Source: Paragordius varius (lineage: Eukaryota; Animalia; Nematomorpha). Taken from it: DNA of 64,000 bases. The translations under genes were made by a program, and so were the position numbers. This document shows positions 25,202 to 37,200 of the stretch, piece by piece (position 1 is the stretch's first letter; each line of letters starts with the position of its first letter). The notes under the pieces were generated by a model. That model ran no database searches. It saw only the letters and a list, made by a program, of their open reading frames with translations, and was not told where the DNA came from. The stretch covers positions 12,524,001-12,588,000 of the forward strand of contig OZ176051.1 of the NCBI GenBank assembly GCA_964247055.1. Reading direction: 5' to 3'.

Positions 25202-28200
25202 CTGTTTTTGGACCTTAAAGTTTTATCACAGTATTATTTTTGTCAAATAAGCCAGAGATTGCATTTTTTAATGTTAGCAGGCCATATTTGAATTTCAGGA
25301 GTAGGGTTGAATAATGTCATAAAATAACTTAAATTACTGATATGCTATTTATACCCTAGGAAATTGATTTCTCTTGCACCACCTACAATATTTTTAAAAA
25401 TGCGCTCTACACTATTAGGTGCCCTAAGTTTGCCCTTAATTCCATTTTTACATGACTAAATAGGAATTAACAATTTTTATCTTTTAAAGAACAAATTAAA
25501 ATAGTTTGTTTCTTTAATATATATATGATTACACCTTGACACACAGGATATCGGCAGATACCTCAACCCTGAGCGACCTGATTGGCGTCAATCTCAACAT
25601 GTTCCTCCGGAGTATAGTTAAGGGTGCTGGCGTTTGCATTTTCATGTTTACCATTAGTTGGCAACTTAGTATGATAACTGTGTTAGCATTGCCCCTGTTT
25701 ACTTACCTCTCCAAGGTCTATGGTAAATTCTATGAACGACTGAGTGAAAAAACGCAACACAGCTTAGCTAAATCGAATGAAACGACGCAAGAAACGCTCT
25801 CAAGCATACGAACCGTCAAAAGTTTTGCCGGAGAAAATAGTGAAATTCTACGGTACTCACGGGATCTCAAGAAAACTTATAGGCTTATGAAACGAGGTGC
25901 TATCCTATACGCTGGGTATATGTGGTCTTCCAAGGTATACTTACTTATTATGTCTGGTAAAAAATAGATGGCTAAAAGGGGGAATGTGTTTCTATTCATA
26001 TTTAAGCCACTAATATTGCTATTTTGGCGAATTTTTAATTAACTAGTTCAATTACTGAAATGATTTAAATAAACCAAACACATTATATTAAATAAACACC
26101 ATAACATTCCACGTTTCAAAGTTAGCTAATACTTTGTTTTGTTTAGTTTAGTTCTGCTGAATAATTCTTTACCCAATAATTTATTAATTAATCAATTAAT
26201 TGATTTCTTATTAAAATGTGTAAATATTTTTTTGACGCCAAATCAATTAATTTTCTTAGATTTTTCTTGGGTTTTACTTTAATTATCCTGGTATTATTTT
26301 TAATTTTTCTATATTTTATATATATTCTTTTACCCTTAAAAAATAACCTTCACATTGTTACCACGTTTTTTTTGAGGTATAACCACCCATGTATACATTT
26401 TTGCTAATATTTATTTATGTATTATTTTTTTTATCGATTTTTTACAAAATTAATATTTTTATATATAAACTAATATAATACTAATTTTTTTGAATGCACT
26501 TTGGTTTACTTAACCTGAATGAATACGTTTGCGCCGAAAAAATAATTTAATTTTGATAAAAAATATATTTTTTACAATAATAAATTAAAACATTAATTTT
26601 ATTTAATATGGCAAATTTTCCCTGAAAAATAGAATTATACCATTTGCACTTCAAGAGTGTCCTTGAACACTTCAAGTTGGTCCTTGAACAATTTTAGTTG
26701 GTCGTTGAACATTTCATAGTCCTTGAACACTTCAAGTTGGTCCTTAAAATTTATAAATTTTGATTTAGCCATAATTTTTGCAATTATAAACCTAATTTTC
26801 TTTATTTATTATATATTTAAAAATAAAATTTTTATTTTAAAACCACTTTTTTGTTTCAAACTATTTTTTTGTATTGAACAAAATTATTGACTTTTAAATG
26901 TTTTCAATGAAAAATTTTAATTACTAACCCAGAAAACTTATATATTTTGTCATTTCGTGTTGAAATCTTATAAATATCCAAAATTATTTTAAGAAATTAA
27001 TAAAGATATACAGTTTCTCAAAGATTAAAAGTTGATATCGATTTAAAATTTATTTCAAATAATGGAAAATAGGTTAAAAACGATAAAATAGATGAATAAT
27101 ACCTGATTTGATTGATAAATGTTAAAAACAAAACAAAAAAGTCAAAGGACCAACTTGAATTGTTCAACGCCCAACTTGAAGTGTTCAAGGACTAATTTGA
27201 ATTGTTCGAGGACCAACTTGAAATGTTCAAGGACCAACTTGAAGTCTTCAAGGACACTTTTGAAGTGTAAATGGTATATCCAGGGGGTGTGCTTTTTAAC
27301 CCTTACAGTTTTTTAAATATCTATTTTTTTGAATAGTATTAAAATAAAAGTTAATAACTTTGACTATTAACGTTTTTTTAAACTAGAATCGTTAAAATTA
27401 AATAAATTCCTTATCATAAATAAGTTAATTAATAGGTCATCATTGGATAAAATATAAAATATACTTTATATCCTCTACTATTATAAAAAATATTTTAACG
27501 TTTTTTATACGAATAATAATAAGATTATTAATTCCTTTTTTGTTTAAACTAGTTTTTGTAACACATAACTGCGGAAAAATTTGACAATCTCGTATAAACA
27601 CAATTATATAGGTGATAATATGCCATTTACTCTTAAACTATTCAAATTTACCCTTACAATTTAAATTCACCCTTGAACAATTCAAATTCACCCTTTAACA
27701 ATTCAAATTTACCCTTGAACAATTCAAATTTACCCTTAAACAATTCAAATTCACCCTAAAAATAAATTATGTGTTTTCGGTCTAATACCACCTATGATTA
27801 ATATGTTATATAATCTTATGGTATAGTTTATAATTTTTTCAGTGTTATATTATTTTTAAATGTAATTTCCCTTTTTTCAAATTATAAAAAAAATATAGGT
27901 ATGTTTTAATCTCAAAAAAGACATGATATATTTTAGGGTGTGCATTTGAATTGTATTGTTTAAAAAGGTAAATTTGAATTGTTCGAGGTTTGAACTGTAA
28001 ATTTGAATTGTTCGAGGGTGAATTTGAATTGTAATTGGTATATTATTATAAGAAATTAGTTTAGGTCAAATATTGTTAGAATCTATTATATGGTTGTAAT
28101 TTCAATAATATGCTAATTAAAAAGCGGTTAACATAAAACGTTTTACATGCTTGGTTAATATTATTGTTATAAATATATAGCTTATATTTTACAACTAATG

Positions 28201-31200
28201 TAGGCATATGAATTAGCTATCCTTATTCTCATACTGTATTACGGCGGTCATTTAGTCCTGAACAAAAGATTGTCTGGGGGCGCATTTGTTTCATTTCTAC
28301 TGTATCAATTACAGTTGGGGGAAGCGATAGCCAGTATTGGGAATGTTTTTACCGGTCTTATGCAGGCTATTGGTTCATCTAAAAAAGTTTTTTTTTTATT
28401 TTTTTTTTTTATGGTTTTAAAAGTTGTGTTCCGCTTTAAGAAGTCTATTTATTGGAATAACAGTTGTAAAATCCGTAATATAATAATAATATCGAAAATT
28501 AAATAGAAAATTAATTGAAAGAAGATAATTATTAACAGAAATTATAAACGATATGTGAAACTCTTTCGTATCAATAGTAATCGTAGACTAGTTTCGTGCG
28601 ACGAAAGGGTTTCACATATCGTTTATAATTTCTATTAATAATTATTTCTTCTTTCAATTAATTTTTTATTTAATTTTCGATTATCATTATTAAATTACGG
28701 ATTTTACAACTGTTATTACAAAACATAATTAATCCGTCATTTACCATTACTATTTATTGGAATCTTTGCATTAAAAAATCAAATCGTAAAAATATCTAAG
28801 GCCCATGTTTTTTTGTGCTAATGTGGCATTTCCGGTGGATTTTGAAATATGAAATAAAAATGTAATTATTTCTTTATAATGTATTTCATTATTTGGGTTA
28901 AAACGTAAATATTTTTGCTTTGCTAATATGCAATGCAGCTATTGTTTTGGGGTTGTTAATTAAAGAAATTAAAAATATATTATTTTTCATTAATGCCAAA
29001 AATTATTACAATTTGTTTGCAATTAAATGATTTTTCATCATTAGGTTTTTGAACTGATTTATCGAATACCAAATTTTAATATGGAGGCAGGACGCTACAT
29101 TCCCAAACAATTTGATGGGAAAATTACATTTTCTCACGTTTATTTTAGTTATCCAACACGGAAAAACGTTTTAACACTAAAGGTATATATCCCTTTAAAT
29201 TCTGAAATAATTCAATCACAAAAAACAGTAAAAACTGAAATTATACGGACAAAACGTAAAAATATAAAGACAAATATTTTTTTTTTGTAAAAGAGACAAC
29301 ACCATACTTTTTAAAACCTTAATTATTGCCATATAAAATATTAAATTACAATCGTAAACTACATAATTGATTGTGCTACCAATTTCATTTCTATATTATA
29401 ATTTGTAGTTTAAAACAGTGAGATATATTCAAAAAAATCAAGATTAAAAAAATATGGTTCTCTTTAACAAAAAAATATTTGTCGTTATCTTTTTACGTTT
29501 TGTCCGTTAAATTTCAATTTTTACTGTAATTAACCAATTAAAGACACACTTCTTTATTGTATGAAATTTGTATAATTACATTTTTAACCTTGTATTTATA
29601 TATATGTTTACCATTTCTAACATTCAAAAGAATTGGTATTTTAAGTTGTTTTTTATCACACTTGGTTATAATATTTTAATTACTTTATATATGTTATACA
29701 TATAAGTCGGGGGTAAACATATAATTTTAAATTTTGAGACACACAAAAAAGGTAAATCTTATATTATGATTATAAGAAGAAACACCCTATATATATGTAG
29801 ATTCTATTAAATAAAAATTAACCTCTAATGCTATTAAACCCATTATTATATAATTTTGCTTCAGACATTTAATTACCCTTTAGTTTTGGCATTTGAATAC
29901 TGTTAAATTAACCTTTTTTTGTTTGTATTAAGTATCTTTCGAATATGGGGTAGTAAATATTTTTATATACCATTTACAATTCAAATTCACCCTCGAACAT
30001 TTGAAATTCACCCTAAAAATAAATTATGTGTTTTTGGGCTAATATAACTCATCTTTATAATATGAAATATATTTTTACGACATAGTTTTTTTTAGGATTA
30101 TATTAATTTTAAACAGAATTTTATATTTTCCAAATATTAATAAATAAAGCCAATTTTTAATTGTAGAAAAACACATAATTTATTTTAGGGTGAATTGAAT
30201 AGTTCAAGGGTGAATTTGAATTGTTCAAGGGTGAATTTGATTTGTTCAAGAGTGATTTGAATTGTTCAAGGGTAAATTTGGTAAATGCAAGGGTGAATTA
30301 GAATTGTTCCAGGGTGAATTTGATTCAAGGGTAAATTTTAATTGTTCAAGGATGAATTTGAATTGTTTCAGGACGAATTTGAATTGTTCAAGGATGAATT
30401 TGAACTGTAAATGGTATATATATAAATTGCTAATTTTTTTGTTGTATGAAAAAAATAATTTATTTATAGGATGTTTCATTTGAAGTGAAACCGGGCGAAA
30501 TCGTAGCCATCGTAGGCCCCAGCGGTAGTGGAAAAAGTTCGTGCTTAGCCCTACTTCAAAATTTTTATCCCCCGGATCGAGGGACAGTCTGTATAGATGA
30601 TATCCCAGTCAGTGAATATGATTATACGTATTTGCATCAAAAGATGGCGCTTGTTTCCCAGGAACCTACGCTATTTGCTCGAACTATTCGAGTATTTACT
30701 TATTATACTACGCTTTTGAGTATTTCTGAATTATATAGGTTTTAGAGAGAGATAGATTTACAAATTATATATATTTATATGGGTCTTTTTTTTGAACGAC
30801 GACCCATTTTTATCTTTTTTTGGGGGGAAAATAACTTTCATGTAAGGATGGTAAGTAAAACATACCATTTTTTAAAGACCGTTTTTCTACACCTTTTCTT
30901 AAAAAACTTTTTTAACTTTTTTAGTTTTTTCTAAATCTTAATTAAATTGTTAAACAAATCAATATTGTTATTTATGATGGAATTATCAAAGATTATTTAT
31001 ATATTAGAGAAAAGTACCATAAATTTGTGTCTTGTATCTTATTTTTGCAGTTATTTATAATTAATATTCAATTGAGTGATTAGGATAATTTTAATTATAT
31101 AAAAACACTTGAACCGAATCATATACTTTGCAAAAATTACTATTGAACCCAAAACATTTTATCCTAGGTTAGTTTTTCACAAAAAATATGTAGAATTGGA

Positions 31201-34200
31201 TTTAATTGTTTTTCTGTTCTTTTTGTGTCCCTACCTTGACATATGAACGCCTTATAAATTGGCCCATTTCCGATATATCAATAAAAGAAAAAGTTTTTTT
31301 CATAATTATTTTTTATACAAAAATTTTAAAATTCATTTTTAATCCATCAATGCTGGCTAGTATTGTGAGGTAACTTTAAAATACATTTTTTGTGTAAGTT
31401 TTTTTTATGTACAAAAACGATTATATATATATATATATATATATATGGCATTTTAGGATAATATTTCGTACCCATTCATGCGTAAGAAATTTAACAAAAT
31501 TCTGGGTATTATTGGAGCGGCAAGCGCAGCCCTAAATCAGAAAATATCTGACATCAGCACCATGATACGAACTAAAGCTACGCGTTTAAGTGTAGTTGCC
31601 AGTAATATAGGTAACATACTATTTTAATTTTTTTTGGAATATGATTTTATATTTTTGCCTCTAAAGATTGGGAAAATAGGTTTATTCTCGATACGCAAAT
31701 ATCTGAGGGCCTAAAATACACTATATTGTTTATTTAATTTTTTAAATGGTTTATAGTTTAGTCCTAAAATATGATTTCAAAGAATATGGATTCATAAATA
31801 TTGTTTTTAATACTCTTTTGATTTCGGCTCTCTACACATTAACTAACTTATCTTGTTCGATTTTTATAGTTTTAACGAAAATAAATAAATAAATTTAATT
31901 TATTATTTGTGATATGAACACAAATAAAATATTAGTTGCGTGTAGACTGATAAAATGAGGTTAATATTATGAAAACGAATATATTATTTAATAAATTTGA
32001 ATTATCCTAAATTTAAAACCAATTATTCAGGAATTTCATTTTATTTTTATCCATTAATAAAAAGATTTATCTTTCATTCATCTGAATTCTATATATATAT
32101 AGTTTAATTTTCATTTTAAATTAATAAATTTTACCAGAATTCAAATTAAAAAGTTTTGTATGATTGAAAAATTGCTGGCTTAATGTACTATGTTTTATAC
32201 AATGTATATAAAGTTGATAAAAGTGGTGGTTTTGGTATGGCGTCCCCTACTCCATTAACACAAACCCATTCACCTACGACCTCCGAAGAAAATGTCACCC
32301 ACGTCCTAGAAACTCATGATTTATTGTTGGAAAATGAGGAGGAATCAACTAACCCAAGCGGCCGTAAAAAGGATTTGGGAGATGAAAGGTTTGATTGAGT
32401 TGTTTTGCTTTAACTTATCTTATAAACAAACTTTATTACGAACGACTTTTAATAAAAATCTACTAAACTATGGTTTTATATCTTTTTTAAACTTCCATAC
32501 ATTTCATTAGTATCTTTTTATAAATGAGATTTTTTAGTTATTTATTTTAAAAATAAATCAATATCTCTCATAATAGTACATTATTGTGTTTTTTGTTATC
32601 AAGTGTAACCACCTCATATACCATTTGCATTTCAAGAGTGTCTTTGAAACTTTCAAGTTGGTCCTTGAATAATTCAAGTTGTTCCTTGAACATTTCAAGT
32701 TGGTCCTTGAACACTTCAAGTTGGTCCTTGGACTTTTTTGTTTTGTTTTTAACTTTCATCAATCAAATCGTAAATAATTCATCTATTTTTTTGTTTTTAC
32801 CCTATTTTCTATTTTTAACATAATTTTTAAATCGATATCAACTTTTAATCTTTGACAAACCGTATATCTTCATTATTTCTTAAAATTTTGGATATTTATA
32901 AGATTTTATTACGAAATGAAAAAATATATAAATTTTCTGGGTTATTAATCAAAATTTTTCATTAAAAACATTTAAAAGTCAATAATTTTGTTCAATTGAA
33001 AAAAAATAGTTTGAAACAAAAAAAGTGGTTTTCAACAAAAAAATTTATTTTTAAATGAATAAATATATAAAAAATAAAGAAAATTAGGTTAAAAAATAAT
33101 AAAATAAAAAAATGCATCCAAAAATTTTGGTTAATCAAAATTTAAAATTTTTAAAGATCAATTTGAAGTGTTCAAGGACCAAGTTGAAGTGTTCAAGGAC
33201 CAATTTGAAGTGTTCAAGGATACTCTTGAAGTGCAAATGGTATATTATGATAAAAAATAGTTATAAAATTTTGTTCAATATATGGTTTGTTTAGAGATGA
33301 AGATTATTTGTTGGATAGTGAGGACATTAAACTCCTGACCATGGATAAAGGGGCCGAAGCCAGACACAATGAAGCCAAGCAACTTGTCAAGGCTAGGAAA
33401 AAAGCGAGGAAAAGGAAATCATTTTCAAGCCAACGAACGCATTACAATGGTAAAAAGGCTAAATTTAGAGGCGATAAAATAAAGTTTTTCTTCTCATACA
33501 TTGAGAAAGTGAATGGTTATGAACACAAACAAATTTTTGTCCAAATATATACCATATACAGTTCAAATTCACCCTTCAATTCTAATTCACCGGACAAGAT
33601 TTTAACACAAATAATAATATTTTGAACAATTCAAATCCACCCTTAAAAAAATAAATTATCTTTTTTTTCAGATTAAAAATTGCTTATATTTTTTTAAAAT
33701 AAAATTTTGTATTAAAATTTATTTAATATTGAAAAAATAATAAACCCTGACTTAAAAATATATATCATATTAATGATGGGTGGTTATATTAGCCCAAAAA
33801 CACATAATTTATTTTAGGGTGAATTTAAATTGTTTAAGGATTAATTTGAATTGTTTAAGGGTGAATTTGAATTATAAATTTTTTTTAGATGTTGAAGCAA
33901 AAAATGGTACACCTCTTTACATAACTAATGCACAAAAAAAGGTTAATGGAACTTTGCCTCCCAATCTAACAACTCATGATGATAATCGTTATAAATCTGA
34001 ATCCGATTTATCTAATTTCCCAGCCCAAAACGCTAAACATAATGACAGTTATAATTGGATGAAAGATCTAACTCCTGAGTACTGACCTTTTTTTTATTTT
34101 ATCGTTTTCACAAAAAAATGTTTGGACAGTTACTAGTTTTCTAATAAGTTGCCTTTAAATTTTATTCTGCCAAGTGTGAAACACGAAAAACTAAGCTTTT

Positions 34201-37200
34201 TTATCTATGTATATGGGTACAATGTTATTAAAAAATCATTTATCCGAAAAATCATGTTTATTTAGCTTTAAGTTTTCACATCATATCAATTGAAATTTTT
34301 TAAGGGGTTATTAACTCTTTTTTTCACATGTCCCAAATAGGCAAAAAAAGAAGATTGAACAAATTTTGACGGACCCACAAACGACTTATGTGAATTCACC
34401 GCTTGAACCTATAAGTGTAGAAACTATGAATCGAAAAGAAAATTTATTATCTAAACGCCTTGGTGGCATATTTTCCGATCCGAGGTATTATTGTAGCATA
34501 TCATTTATTTATCAATTCTAGTTAACCGATGGTATTAACCGATTAATTTTTGCACTTATATCAACATTCTAACTAAATATTTCATTTTCATGATTTTTTT
34601 TTAAAATCCTGCGAAAATACCCTTAAAACTAAAGTTAACTGACTGGACATTAAAAATCTTAATTTTTCATTTATATTATGACCAATTCTTTTGATTATTG
34701 CTTTGCAAACAAAATTAACACACTGACTGCATGGAAAAATTGCAATTTAAACTGCAAATTTTTTTCCAAAGTTAAAAATTACTTTACCATTCATTATACA
34801 CTTCAAGTTTAATTAAATATGTTTGTATTATGGTTGAAAAAATATAGCAAAATTAACTAATTTACTTTTTCAATCCCACTTATATAAGAATTCGGATTAT
34901 ATTTAAAACTATAGGGTTTTTAAGGCATAAATTAATTAACCATTTTTTTTAAAAAAATTAATTATGATGATGTGAATAATTAGCCTTGTATTATGAATAT
35001 ATGAGAATATAATAAAATCTATTCTACATTGTCCGTAGTATTTGCATATAATTTACATATGCAATGTTTACCGGATTTGGTCATATTTGTGTTAGCTTGG
35101 ATAATTTTAGGAGCCTTTTTTCTCTAATATTAAAAGCCTCATCTTTGTTATCTATTAAACTAAAAAAAGTCGCGCCTAATGGCATACAAATAAAGGCACT
35201 AAATTTGAACATTATATATATTTGCAGATCAACTTAGCTGTAAACTACAAGTCTACTATTATTGGAATAAAAATATGATATCACCTATATGTGTTTAAAC
35301 ATGAACACTTTATTTTACATTACTTTTAACGACTTAGAAAGTATACTTTCATATCTATCAAATTTTATAATAATAATAAGGTTTTTGTGATTACAATAAA
35401 AAATATATATTCTTGTTACCTACCACAATATTAAGGTATCACACATCAATCCAACACTTGATTGATGCCGCAGCGCGAAGTCCCATAACTCGCGCCCAAT
35501 ATTACGCAAAATGTTTATGTTGCCGATCACCTGATGATCCCGTTCATCAAAGGCTTTCATCAACGGCTTCTACATACAGCAATCACAATCATGTTGTTAA
35601 TACTTCTCTCCATAATCCGCAAATTATAGTTGATGATCCAAATGTTAATAAGAAGAAAAACTCATTGAAAAGGCATTCCCTTTCCAAATCTAAAGATGAA
35701 AATCTCCACGACGAAAAGGCGGAAAGGAACGAGGATCGAAAAATTGTGGAAGCGGCTAAACTTGCGAATGCTCATCAATTTATTTTGGGTCAACCCGGGG
35801 GATATGGCATCAATATTGGGGAACGTGGTTCCATGCTCTCGGGTAAGCGATTTTATTTTATTTTTACCATCTGTAAGCAGGCGTGATGGTAAAGCCTTCA
35901 CATGTCCTTGGATACAAATTTAAGTCTCCTTACCTTTTACTAAAAAAAGGAAAAAAGAGACTCTAAATAAACTGTATATTTATTTATTTATTTTATAAGC
36001 AAATTTGGTAGTATGGCATGTGGAAGGAAATCGTCGTAGGTAGATTTGGTTCGGTCGGTTCGGTTTCCACTTATATTTTTTGGTGAGGAAATAAACGACG
36101 GTTTTCCATTCAATGTTTCATCTGTTATATTGGTGCGTTGGTCATATGTTAGCTTTTGTTATCGCTCCCATGTGGCAATTATTTTACTACAAACAAAATA
36201 AATTGTCAAAATGTATAAAGATTTTATTAATATAACAAAAATTATTATTGTGTAATACTCTATAAATTTCGAAAAAAATTAATATTAAAAATAAGTGAAA
36301 GCAGTGTTACATTTGTCAATGGTAATTCCACACTAGTTTTATGGCTTGTTAGCATTGCTCACTGCTATAAAACTGTTGAACTTGGCGTTTTCACACATTA
36401 TTTAACCAAAGTTTGAAATGTTCCTTTCCTCTTTAATAGTTTGAAATTTAGGGTAACCTAGGTATCAAATTTTCAACCTGACTTAATATAACATTACCGA
36501 CAACATTTATACCATATATAATACAAAGTTGGGGCATATACGGAATTTATAGCCTTGTATATAAGTTAACACGAAATTAATCACAAAAGCTTTTATATAT
36601 ATCTAGTTTATTTACATTAAATCAATCACTATATTGAACGAAACGTATATTATGATTCAGTATATTCATATTATATAATTGATTGATTAGGGGGTCAAAG
36701 ACAACGCATAGCTCTAGCCCGGGCTCTGGTTCGTGATCCATCTATTTTATTGTTGGATGAAGCCACATCAGCTTTAGATGCTGAAAGTGAATATTTGGTT
36801 CAAGAAGCAATCACCAAAAATTTGAAGGGAAAAACGGTCCTTATCATAGCACACCGGCTTAGTACGGTGCAATCTGTAAGTTTAAGCATGTAAACTTTGA
36901 GTCGGGTGATAAAAAATTTTTTTGACTTGACTTGCAAGTTTTTCAAGTCATGGCTTGCTTTCATGTGATAAAAAAAATTTAACATTACACGACTTAAGTC
37001 AAGCAAGAAAACTTGATAAGGAGGTGATAAAAAATCATATGTTCAAGTAAAACTTGGAAACTATTTATATACCAAATTTAGGTTTTATATGTAATTCACC
37101 TTTATTAATGCTATAAATTGTTAATTTGATAAATTTTGGCTAATTAATCTATTCATTGGGTGGATACAAAAAAGGATAAATTTATAGAAAAACTCTGCTA

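Noticed and set aside
26638-33294. 21-bp tandem arrays as CRISPR-like repeats, and the periodic ORFs they create (27119-27316, 30246-30483, 32568-32823, 33112-33294)
   Set aside because: The units are directly adjacent with no unique spacers and sit inside TA-flanked inverted termini in eukaryotic introns. The 7-residue periodic peptides are a by-product of the repeat.
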